A stretch of DNA of 64,000 nucleotides. Origin: an uncultured Bacilli bacterium (GTDB lineage: Bacteria > Bacillota_I > Bacilli_A > RF39 > UBA660). The notes under the pieces were generated by a model. The model saw only the letters and a list, made by a program, of their open reading frames with translations. It was not told where the DNA came from and searched no databases. Position numbers and translations under genes: made by a program. The DNA lies in the NCBI GenBank assembly GCA_934148995.1, contig CAKPDM010000002.1:63487-127486 (forward strand). Reading direction: 5' to 3'. Positions 33,209 through 41,592 of this stretch are shown here, one piece after another (positions within the stretch are counted from its first letter, which is position 1; every line of letters begins with the position of its first letter).

Positions 33209-33955
33209 ATGAAATATGTTAAAATACTAGTGTTATTGGGGCTAGTCCTTTCAATTTCAATTTTATTCTTATATAAAGATGAAAAAGTAGCCGTTTTAGG
33301 TTATCATTCATTCAGTGAGAATGTAGAAGAAGATATGTTTATTATGCCGATAAGTGAGTTTGAAGAACAATTAAAATATTTAAAGGAACATAATTATACA
33401 ACACTAAGTCTAGATGAATTTTATGATTATTATAAAGGAAAAAAGAAAATACCAAGAAAAAGTGTGTTAATAACGATGGATGATGGTTATCAGTCTAATT
33501 ATGATTTAGCTTTCCCATTATTAAAAAAATATAATATGAAAGCGACAGTTTTCTATATAGGTTCTAATGTTACTGGTGAAAATAAAAACTATATGAATCA
33601 AGAAACATTAGCTAAAATAAAAACAGAATATCCTAATATAGATATAGCATCGCATTCTTATGCCCTTCACTATGATAAATCAATTGATAAAGGAACAAAA
33701 TACATTAAAGATGATTTTGAGAAAATGAGTGAAGTAATAAATACTAAATATTTTGCTTATCCATATGGACATTATAATAATGACATAATTAAAGTACTAA
33801 AAGAAGAAAAATATAAAATGGCTTTTACATTTGGACCAGATAAGGAACATAGAAAAGCAAGTCGTAAAGATAATATCTATAAAATACCACGACTTAATAT
33901 AACAAATGGAATGCCACTATGGAAGTTTTCTTTAAGATTAATTAGTCCTTATTAA
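33209..33955 (+). CDS. polysaccharide deacetylase (NodB homology domain), membrane-anchored
   Basis: 248 aa with an N-terminal TM helix, the TMDDGYQSNYD (TFDDG-type) motif and the SHSYALH (H-S-x-x-H) motif. Confidence 0.8.
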   Translation: MKYVKILVLLGLVLSISILFLYKDEKVAVLGYHSFSENVEEDMFIMPISEFEEQLKYLKEHNYTTLSLDEFYDYYKGKKKIPRKSVLITMDDGYQSNYDLAFPLLKKYNMKATVFYIGSNVTGENKNYMNQETLAKIKTEYPNIDIASHSYALHYDKSIDKGTKYIKDDFEKMSEVINTKYFAYPYGHYNNDIIKVLKEEKYKMAFTFGPDKEHRKASRKDNIYKIPRLNITNGMPLWKFSLRLISPY

Positions 33956-34043
33956 AATGTGAAAAAGTGTCAATAGAAATTTTGATACCTTTTCTTTTGA
34001 AATAATATTTGTTAGAATAAAAGAAGAATAAGAGGGTGTTAAT

Positions 34044-34646
34044 ATGCGTATAGGTGTAGATATAGATGGAGTTTTAAATGATGTAGCTGAATGGCACTTT
34101 GCTTATGGCTCTAAATTTTGTGTAGAACATAATATTAATCGTGGTTTTAACCCGACAGGTTATTATATGGAAGATCAATTCTATTTTACTGCTGAAGAAA
34201 ATAAAGAATTCTGGAGACAATATATTTTTGATTTACTATTAACTATTCCTCCACGTCCTTTTGCTACAGAAGTAATTCATAGATTAAGACAAGATGGACA
34301 TGAGATATTTATTTTAACAGCAAGAGATAATCAATATTTAACTAATCAATATAACGGAATGAGTGATTTCTACGTAAAACATTGGTTAAATAAATATAAT
34401 ATTGAATATGATGGAATAATAACAGGTACTACTAATAAAAAAGAAAAGTGTATAAATGGACGCTTTGATTTAATGGTAGAAGATAAAAAAACTAATGTTG
34501 ATATGATTAGTAAAATTATACCTGTCTTCGTCTTTGATGCTCCTTATAATCAAACTTGTAGTGGAATCAACGTGATAAGAGTTTATTCTTGGTATCAAGT
34601 ATATCAAGAAATAACAGAAAAGTTTGCTCCAGTTGAAATAATTTAG
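34044..34646 (+). CDS. HAD-superfamily 5'(3')-nucleotidase-like hydrolase
   Basis: 200 aa with the DxDxV motif VDIDGVLND at the N-terminus, ILTARD, and MVEDK near the C-terminus. Confidence 0.6.
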   Translation: MRIGVDIDGVLNDVAEWHFAYGSKFCVEHNINRGFNPTGYYMEDQFYFTAEENKEFWRQYIFDLLLTIPPRPFATEVIHRLRQDGHEIFILTARDNQYLTNQYNGMSDFYVKHWLNKYNIEYDGIITGTTNKKEKCINGRFDLMVEDKKTNVDMISKIIPVFVFDAPYNQTCSGINVIRVYSWYQVYQEITEKFAPVEII

Positions 34647-34656
34647 GAGGTTTCAA

Positions 34657-34821
34657 ATGAAATTAAATAATAAAGGATTTGGAATGGGAACTTTAATTTT
34701 CTTTATTTGTTTATTCTTTGTGATACTAATTGCTATTACTTATGTAGCTTATACTAATGGAATAGATAAAAAAGATGAAAATAGAGTTGTACCGGAAATA
34801 AAAGAACAAATTAATGATTAA
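34657..34821 (+). CDS. unlisted 54-aa single-pass membrane mini-protein
   Basis: Below the ORF-track size cutoff. SD GGAGG lies 7 nt upstream of the ATG. Translation: MKLNNKGFGMGTLIFFICLFFVILIAITYVAYTNGIDKKDENRVVPEIKEQIND. Confidence 0.4.
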   Translation: MKLNNKGFGMGTLIFFICLFFVILIAITYVAYTNGIDKKDENRVVPEIKEQIND

Positions 34822-34865
34822 AAAAAGAAATTTAGTAGACATTAATAGTGGAAAGGGAAATGAAA

Positions 34866-35867
34866 ATGAGAGTAGCAATTAATGGTTTTGGAAGAATAGG
34901 AAGACTTATATTTAGAATAATGGACCAAGATAGTGACTTTGAAATAGTTGCTATTAATGACTTAACAGATGCTGAACAATTAGCTTATTTATTAAAATAT
35001 GATACGGCACATCGTCCTTACAGAAAAGAAGAAATATCATTTGAAGGAGATATGCTTGTTGTTGGTGATAAGAAAATTAAAGTACTTAGTGAGAAAGACC
35101 CGGCATTATTACCTTGGAAAGAATTAAATGTTGATTTAGTTTATGAATGTACAGGATTATTTACATCAGAAGAAAAAGCGAAAGCTCATATAGAAGCAGG
35201 AGCTAAAAAAGTAGTTATTTCTGCTCCAGCTAAAGGAAATGTAAAAACAGTTGTTTATAATGTAAATCATGACATCTTAACTAAAGAAGATAAAATAATA
35301 TCAGCAGCAAGTTGTACTACTAACTGTTTAGCACCAGTATTAAATGTTATTGACAAGGAATTTGGAATAACAAGTGGTTATATGACAACAGTTCATGCTT
35401 ATACTAATGACCAAGCAAATTTAGATGTTGCTCATAAAAAAGGTATTTATGCAAGACGTGGTCGTGCTAGTGCTGCTAATATAGTTCCAACTAGTACGGG
35501 AGCAGCTAGTGCAATTGGAAAAGTAATTCCTTCTCTTGATGGTAAGTTATCTGGTATGGCGATGCGTGTTCCTGTAATAACTGGTTCAGTTGTTGATTTA
35601 GTTTTGAAACTAAAAAAAGAAGTTACAAAAGAGGAAATTAATGAAGTATTAAAAAATAATCAGAACGAAACTTTAGGTTATACAACTGACCCAATTGTTT
35701 CAAGTGATGTAATTGGAATGAGTTATGGTTCCTTAGTAGATGGTTTGTTAACTTCTGTCAATAAAACTGAAGATGGTGAATTAGTTAAAATAATCGCTTG
35801 GTACGATAATGAGATGAGTTATTCATATCAAATGGTTAGATGTGCTAAATATTTCTTAAGTTTATAA
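34866..35867 (+). CDS. gap: glyceraldehyde-3-phosphate dehydrogenase
   Basis: I chose the ATG at 34866 (MRVAINGFGRIGR), 8 nt after AAGGGA. Contains the active site SAASCTTNCLAP and WYDNEMSYS. Confidence 0.96.
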   Translation: MRVAINGFGRIGRLIFRIMDQDSDFEIVAINDLTDAEQLAYLLKYDTAHRPYRKEEISFEGDMLVVGDKKIKVLSEKDPALLPWKELNVDLVYECTGLFTSEEKAKAHIEAGAKKVVISAPAKGNVKTVVYNVNHDILTKEDKIISAASCTTNCLAPVLNVIDKEFGITSGYMTTVHAYTNDQANLDVAHKKGIYARRGRASAANIVPTSTGAASAIGKVIPSLDGKLSGMAMRVPVITGSVVDLVLKLKKEVTKEEINEVLKNNQNETLGYTTDPIVSSDVIGMSYGSLVDGLLTSVNKTEDGELVKIIAWYDNEMSYSYQMVRCAKYFLSL

Positions 35868-35874
35868 TTTTTGA

Positions 35875-35899
35875 AGAAAAGCTGGTCTTTTCTTTTTTT
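35875..35899 (+). terminator. hairpin plus T-run between gap and pgk (partial terminator)
   Basis: AGAAAAG-CTGGT-CTTTTCT followed by TTTTTT. Confidence 0.45.
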
Positions 35900-35943
35900 C
35901 TTGTTTAAAAAATGTTATACTGTCCTTAGGGTGAGTTGGCAAT

Positions 35944-37131
35944 ATGAAGAAAACAATAAGAGATTTTAAACTAAACAATAAAAAAGTAATCATAAGATGT
36001 GATTTTAATGTCCCTTTAAAAGATGGGAAAATAATAGATGATACAAGAATTAAGAATAGTTTAAAGACTATTCAGTATGCAATAGATAAAAATGCTAAAG
36101 TGATATTACTAAGTCATTTAGGAAGAATAAAAGAAGATCAAGATAAAATAAAAAACAACTTAAAGATAGTTGCTGATAGGTTAAGTGACTTATTAGCTAA
36201 AAAAGTTATTTTTGTAGATGAAGTAGTTGGCGACAAAGTAAAAACTGCTATCCAGAATATGAAAGTTCAAGATGTGGTTTTATTGCAAAATACTAGATAT
36301 GAAGATTTAGATGGTAAGAAAGAAAGTGGTTGTGACTTAGAATTTGCTAAAGAATTAGCAAGTTATGGTGACATCTTTATTAATGACGCTTTTGGTACTA
36401 TTCATAGAAAACATGCATCTAATTATGGAATAAGTAAATATCTTGAAAGTGGAATTGGTTTCTTAGTAGAAGAAGAATTAGCTAAACTAGCTATTTTAAA
36501 TAAACCAGAAAAACCATTTACAATCATAATGGGTGGTGCTAAAGTAGCCGATAAGATAGGAGTTATAGATAATTTACTTCCTAAATGTGATAAACTATTA
36601 ATTGGTGGTGGAATGGCTTTTACTTTTTTACAAGCTGAAGGCTATGAAATAGGTAACTCTATTTTAGATACAGATTCCTTAGAATACTGTCAAAAACTAC
36701 TTAAAGAATATCCAGAAAAAATTGTATTACCAGTAGATGTAGCTTGTTCAACAGAGTATAAAAATGCAACTAATAGAACAGAAAAAGATATCAATGAAAT
36801 AGATTTTCATGAGATGGGACTAGATATTGGTAGTAAAACATTATCGCTATTTGAAAATTACTTAACTGATTCAAAAACAGTCTTTTGGAATGGACCGCTA
36901 GGTGTTTATGAATTTCCTTTATATGCAGAAAGTACTGATAAACTATTGAAATTTTTAGTAACTAACAATTCAAAAACAGTACTAGGTGGAGGAGATATCG
37001 TAGCTGCTGCTAGTAAACTTTCCTTAACTGATAAATTTTATCACGTATCAACTGGTGGAGGAGCTACATTAGAATATTTAAGTGGTAAAAACTTACCAGG
37101 ACTTGAAAATATTGAGGAAAAAGGGGAATAA
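35944..37131 (+). CDS. pgk: phosphoglycerate kinase
   Basis: 395 aa with RCDFNVPLKDGKIIDDTRI, SHLGR and STGGGATLEYLSGKNLPG. Confidence 0.96.
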   Translation: MKKTIRDFKLNNKKVIIRCDFNVPLKDGKIIDDTRIKNSLKTIQYAIDKNAKVILLSHLGRIKEDQDKIKNNLKIVADRLSDLLAKKVIFVDEVVGDKVKTAIQNMKVQDVVLLQNTRYEDLDGKKESGCDLEFAKELASYGDIFINDAFGTIHRKHASNYGISKYLESGIGFLVEEELAKLAILNKPEKPFTIIMGGAKVADKIGVIDNLLPKCDKLLIGGGMAFTFLQAEGYEIGNSILDTDSLEYCQKLLKEYPEKIVLPVDVACSTEYKNATNRTEKDINEIDFHEMGLDIGSKTLSLFENYLTDSKTVFWNGPLGVYEFPLYAESTDKLLKFLVTNNSKTVLGGGDIVAAASKLSLTDKFYHVSTGGGATLEYLSGKNLPGLENIEEKGE

Positions 37132-37133
37132 AA

Positions 37134-37586
37134 ATGGGCAAGAGATATGTTGAGGTAGTAACTAATAAAGACTTGAATAAAATAGAAGCATTAAATGACT
37201 TTTGTCTTCGTAATGATACAGAAAACGTTAGTAAAAATATTTTAACTAATAAGGAATTATCACCAGTTGTTTTTGAAGACTACTTGGCTTATTTTGATAA
37301 TGAAAAAGTAATAGATTATTGTTTCATTCACGGTGAAACAGATTTAAAGAAAGGTTTTCTTTCTTTTCCTATCACCTTAGAACCAAGAAAAAATCACTTT
37401 TTTGTGGAAACAGCAGTTGATTATGCATTTTCAGCTGGCCTTGATGAAGTATCTATTATGACTAAAGACCAAACATTAAAACCTGTTTTAGAAAAACTTG
37501 GTTTTATATCTTTAGGAATAGATGGAGATGTTGCCTCATATACTCTAGGACTCGAAGATAAAGAGAAGGGAAAAATAAGAATATGA
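37134..37586 (+). CDS. small GNAT-like protein (weak assignment)
   Basis: 150 aa, starting 3 nt after the pgk stop. The C-terminal LKPVLEKLGFISLG resembles the GNAT beta-strand/GF motif, but no clear acetyl-CoA loop is visible. Confidence 0.35.
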   Translation: MGKRYVEVVTNKDLNKIEALNDFCLRNDTENVSKNILTNKELSPVVFEDYLAYFDNEKVIDYCFIHGETDLKKGFLSFPITLEPRKNHFFVETAVDYAFSAGLDEVSIMTKDQTLKPVLEKLGFISLGIDGDVASYTLGLEDKEKGKIRI

Positions 37587-38587
37587 AACATTTGAAAAGA
37601 AATAGTTTTATTATTTTGCTTATAACTTTATTTGTTTTATTTCTTGTGCTTAAAGATAATTTTAAGACAGTTATTAGTACCATAACAACTATGAATATGA
37701 AATTTGTTATCATTGCAATAGTTCTTTACTTTGCATATCTTTTCTTTCATGCATTAGTTAATTATTTATGGGTAAATGAAAAAGAAAAACTATCTCTTAA
37801 AGATGCTTTTCAACATATGATTATTACACAGTTTTTTAATGGCATTACACCTTTTTCTACTGGTGGTCAACCAATGGAAATATATATGTTAAAGAATCAT
37901 GGCTTTCGTTATACAAAAGCGACTAATGTTATTATGCAAAACTTTATTGTTTATCAGTTAGCATTAGTCATCTTTGGTTTATTTGCTGTTATTTATAATT
38001 TTATTACAGGTGTATTAGTTTATAAAAGTGTTTTAACAAGTTTGATAATATTAGGTTTTTTAATAAATACTATTGTAGCAGTAGTTATGCTATTAATAGC
38101 AACAAGTCAGAAATTCACTAATACTTTATTAAATCTAATTACAAGCTTAGGTAAGAAATTACACTTTATTAAAAATCAAGATAAATTTTTAGAAAAATGG
38201 CGTGAGCGATTAGAAGACTTTCATCAGTGTACTAAAGAGGTCAAAGAAAAGAAAGGTTTATTTGTTCTTGGCATAGTTTTAAACTTAATAGCTTTAACTT
38301 GTTATTATGCAATACCTTTGTTCTTAGTTTATAGTTTACATGATTATACTTCAATGTCTTTCTTTACTTCTTTAGTTGCAAGTGCTTATGTTTTAATAAT
38401 TGGTTCTTTTGTTCCTATTCCTGGAGCAACAGGTGGTATAGAATATGCTTTTTTAGAAATATTTTCTGGCTTTTTAGGAAAAAGTAGTGTTAGTGCTGTA
38501 ATGATTGTTTGGCGATTTATAACTTATTATTTGGGAATGGTAGTAGGAGGAGTATTGTTTAGTTTCCATAAGGAAGGAGAAGAATAA
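37583..38587 (+). CDS. UPF0104 / MprF-transmembrane-region-like (flippase-like) integral membrane protein
   Basis: 334 aa with about 8 TM helices. It has the central motif NGITPFSTGGQPMEIYML and a later PIPGATGGIE, typical of the lysyl-PG-synthase TM-domain family. It overlaps the upstream stop by 4 nt. Confidence 0.7.
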   Translation: MKHLKRNSFIILLITLFVLFLVLKDNFKTVISTITTMNMKFVIIAIVLYFAYLFFHALVNYLWVNEKEKLSLKDAFQHMIITQFFNGITPFSTGGQPMEIYMLKNHGFRYTKATNVIMQNFIVYQLALVIFGLFAVIYNFITGVLVYKSVLTSLIILGFLINTIVAVVMLLIATSQKFTNTLLNLITSLGKKLHFIKNQDKFLEKWRERLEDFHQCTKEVKEKKGLFVLGIVLNLIALTCYYAIPLFLVYSLHDYTSMSFFTSLVASAYVLIIGSFVPIPGATGGIEYAFLEIFSGFLGKSSVSAVMIVWRFITYYLGMVVGGVLFSFHKEGEE

Positions 38588-39861
38588 TGAGAATAGGACT
38601 TTTTACTGATAGTTATCCCCCATTTATAAACGGCGTTTCGACTAGTGTTGAAACACTTAAAAATGCTTTAGAAGAAAAAGGACATATCGTTTATGTTGTA
38701 ACAGTCGGACAAGATGCTACTACTTATTCATATGATGAAGAAAAAAGAATTTTAAAAGTACCAGGTTTACCTACTGGCATTTATGATTATAGAGCAGCTA
38801 GTATTTATCCAGTTAAAGTTATCAAGACAATAAAGTCTTGGGAGTTAGATATAATACATTCTCATACCGAAATGTGTATGGGAATATTTGCAAGGCTTCT
38901 TGCTAAGCAATATCATATTCCGTTAGTACATACTTATCATACTATGTATAAAGATTATACATATTATATTTCTAGAAATCATAAATACTTTGATATGGGT
39001 TGTAAGAAAGCAGTGGAGTATTTAAGCAAATTTTATTGTGATGATACAGCTAATGCCTTTATTGTTCCTACTATAAAAACTTATCACTTATTTAGAGATG
39101 AATATCACTATAATAAAGAAATATATATTGTTCCAACAGGAATAGATTCTTCAAGATTTAATAAGGAAAATGTTAATTTACAGAAGGCAAATGAAATAAG
39201 AAAAAAATTAGGTTATAAGAAGAATGATTTTGTTTATTTATTTGTAGGAAGAATGGCTCAAGAGAAAAATATTCTCTTTTTACTAGATGCAATGAGTAAA
39301 ATTAAGAGTAGAAAAAATAATATAAAATTATTGTTAATTGGTGATGGACCAGATAAAGATGAATATGAAAGTAAAATGAAAGAATTGGTCCTTCAAGATT
39401 CAGTCAAATTTTTTGGTTCTGCTCCTTGGAATGATATGCCACTTTATTATCATATGTGTCAAGCCTTTGTAACAGCATCAGTTACAGAAACACAAGGTCT
39501 AACTGTGATAGAAGCTTTAGCAGCCGAAAAACCTGTTTTATGTATTGAGGATGAGGCTTTTCACACAATGGTTGTGGATAAACTTAATGGAATGTTTTTT
39601 AATGATATAGAAAATTGTGCTAGTAAAATGCTTGAATTAGCAGCAGATAAGAAAGAATATAATTCACTTTTAAAGCATACTAAAGGTTCAATTAAGCAAT
39701 ATTCTTTAACTTCTTTTGCCGATAATGTCTTAGAAGTTTATAAGGTAGCGATTGAAAATTTTAATAATAAAAAAGATTTTTCTAATATGGTTCATAATAC
39801 GGTAAAGAAACTTCTTGGTAAAAAGGATGGTAGTGCAGATGAAGGTAGTCTTAAATCATAA
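38587..39861 (+). CDS. GT4-family glycosyltransferase, likely diacylglycerol glycolipid synthase
   Basis: 424 aa. MRIGLFTDSYPPFINGVSTSV is the N-terminus type of monoglucosyl-DAG synthases. The E-x7-E region is TETQGLTVIEALA. The start overlaps the upstream stop (ATAATG). Confidence 0.75.
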   Translation: MRIGLFTDSYPPFINGVSTSVETLKNALEEKGHIVYVVTVGQDATTYSYDEEKRILKVPGLPTGIYDYRAASIYPVKVIKTIKSWELDIIHSHTEMCMGIFARLLAKQYHIPLVHTYHTMYKDYTYYISRNHKYFDMGCKKAVEYLSKFYCDDTANAFIVPTIKTYHLFRDEYHYNKEIYIVPTGIDSSRFNKENVNLQKANEIRKKLGYKKNDFVYLFVGRMAQEKNILFLLDAMSKIKSRKNNIKLLLIGDGPDKDEYESKMKELVLQDSVKFFGSAPWNDMPLYYHMCQAFVTASVTETQGLTVIEALAAEKPVLCIEDEAFHTMVVDKLNGMFFNDIENCASKMLELAADKKEYNSLLKHTKGSIKQYSLTSFADNVLEVYKVAIENFNNKKDFSNMVHNTVKKLLGKKDGSADEGSLKS

Positions 39862-40504
39862 AAGTAATTTAACTTATTCTGAAATAATTGATTATTATAA
39901 TAAAATAGAAGATTTATTTCCCAATGATAATTTGATAGTATGTCCTAGTACTTGTTACTTACCAATATTTAAAGATGTTACACTTGGTAGTCAAGATATT
40001 AGTAGCTATAAAATGGGAAGCTATACAGGAGAAGTATCAGGAGAAGCTTTAAAGTCTTTAGGAGTTAAATATGTTTTTATTAATCATAGTGAGCGAAGGC
40101 ATTTCAAGAATGAAACATTGACTGATGTTAAAGAAAAATTAAAAAGAGCAAAGGAGAATAACTTAATACCAATTCTTTGTATTGGGGAAGAAAAAGCTGA
40201 AAATACTATAGATGTTCTTTCTACTGATTTAGATTATTTACTTTCTGATTTATCATTTGATAAATTATATATTTCTTACGAGCCATGTTATTCTATTGGA
40301 ACAGGTATTATTCCAGGTAAAGATAAGTTAATATCAGTTTTTGAGTTTTTACATAATAAATATAATTATCCGTTGTTTTATGGAGGCAGTGTTTCTAAAG
40401 AAAATATAACAACTTTTAAAGAAATACCTTATTTAGCGGGTGTCCTACTTGGAAAGGCTAGTCTTGATATAGAAGAAATTAAAGAAATCTTAAAACAAAT
40501 ATAG
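39839..40504 (+). CDS. tpiA: triosephosphate isomerase, short divergent form
   Basis: I chose the ATG at 39839 (MKVVLNHKSN); 39827 is an alternative. Catalytic motifs are retained in altered form: LNHK (canonical NWK), NHSERR (GHSERR), YEPCYSIGTG (YEPVWAIGTG) and YGGSV. Confidence 0.8.
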   Translation: MKVVLNHKSNLTYSEIIDYYNKIEDLFPNDNLIVCPSTCYLPIFKDVTLGSQDISSYKMGSYTGEVSGEALKSLGVKYVFINHSERRHFKNETLTDVKEKLKRAKENNLIPILCIGEEKAENTIDVLSTDLDYLLSDLSFDKLYISYEPCYSIGTGIIPGKDKLISVFEFLHNKYNYPLFYGGSVSKENITTFKEIPYLAGVLLGKASLDIEEIKEILKQI

Positions 40505-40531
40505 GAGGTCGACAAAATCTCCTATTTTTTG
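40501..40531 (+). terminator. intrinsic terminator after tpiA
   Basis: ATAGGAG-GTCGACAAAAT-CTCCTAT followed by TTTTTT. Confidence 0.65.
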
Positions 40532-40614
40532 CTCTATCATTTTTCTTTTTAATGTTATATAATTAAAATGCATAGGGTAGTATTGATGCGTGGTAGTATA
40601 TGGAAGGAGAACTT

Positions 40615-41391
40615 ATGGAAAAAACCAACGTATTAATGATTGATGATAACTTTGAATTGATCAAAATGGTAAAGGAGTATTTTAGTAATAGTGAAACTGT
40701 TGCTATTAATTTAACTGCTAATGACGGAGTTGAAGGCTTAGACATAATTTTGAATAAAGAAGATGAGTATGATGTAATTTTACTTGACTTGATAATGCCT
40801 AATAAAGACGGGTTACAAGTACTAAGAGAACTAAGAGAAAGAAATCTTCATAAAAGTGTAATAGTTTTAACTTCTTTTAATGCACAAAATGTAATAAGAG
40901 AGGCTAGTGAACTTGGAATAAGTTATTTTATTCTAAAACCATTTGAATTAACCGAACTTGAAAAAAGGATAGTTGAATGTGGACATAAAGCAAAATATGA
41001 TGGAAAGGTATTTGATATGCGATATAATAATCTACAAATATCAATTACTAATATTCTTCATGAACTTGGTGTTCCTTCACATATAAAAGGATATCAATAT
41101 ATAAGAGAAGGTATAACAGTTTTGTTTGATCACCCTGACGTAATTGGTGGAATAACTAAGGAATTATATCCAGATATAGCTGCTAAATATGATACAACTG
41201 TATCGAGAGTTGAAAGAGCAATAAGACATGCCATAGAAGTTAGTTGGAATAGAGGAAATTGGCAACTAATGGAGGAGATTTTTGGTCATAGTGTAGATAT
41301 AGATAAGGCAAAACCGACAAATTCAGAATTTATTGTAACGGTAGCAGATAAACTTAGATTAGAATTTCACCAGGACCCAGTTAAGAATTAA
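40615..41391 (+). CDS. spo0A: sporulation master response regulator Spo0A
   Basis: I chose the ATG at 40615 ([12 protein letters not shown]), behind GGAAGGAGAA. The receiver domain has [12 protein letters not shown]. The C-terminal domain has [13 protein letters not shown] and [21 protein letters not shown], the Spo0A-specific signature. Confidence 0.9.
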   Translation: MEKTNVLMIDDNFELIKMVKEYFSNSETVAINLTANDGVEGLDIILNKEDEYDVILLDLIMPNKDGLQVLRELRERNLHKSVIVLTSFNAQNVIREASELGISYFILKPFELTELEKRIVECGHKAKYDGKVFDMRYNNLQISITNILHELGVPSHIKGYQYIREGITVLFDHPDVIGGITKELYPDIAAKYDTTVSRVERAIRHAIEVSWNRGNWQLMEEIFGHSVDIDKAKPTNSEFIVTVADKLRLEFHQDPVKN

Positions 41392-41410
41392 TAATATTAA
41401 ATATATAAAA

Positions 41411-41439
41411 AAGCAGATAATGAAGAGTTGTCTGTTTTT
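41411..41439 (+). terminator. terminator after spo0A
   Basis: CAGATAA-TGAAGAG-TTGTCTG (one G-U pair) followed by TTTTT. Confidence 0.5.
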
Positions 41440-41528
41440 AATTATATAAAACTAGCCAAAATGTAAAATATTAATTATAGTAATAATTTAAATTATAAAG
41501 AAATTGTCATTTTTAATGATATTCTATA

Positions 41529-41557
41529 TTGACTTTAAAAATTTAATAAACTATACT
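41529..41557 (+). promoter_or_regulatory. candidate promoter for the AAA ATPase gene
   Basis: TTGACT (41529-41534), 17-nt spacer, TATACT (41552-41557). Confidence 0.5.
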
Positions 41558-41592
41558 TAATCTGTATTAAATATGTGAGGTGAGTACAATTT

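Noticed and set aside
40508-40514. A Spo0A-box-like sequence (TGTCGAC on the minus strand, versus consensus TGTCGAA) in the tpiA terminator loop about 100 nt upstream of spo0A.
   Set aside because: It is a single 6-of-7 match sitting in a terminator loop, which is expected by chance, and no second box is nearby.
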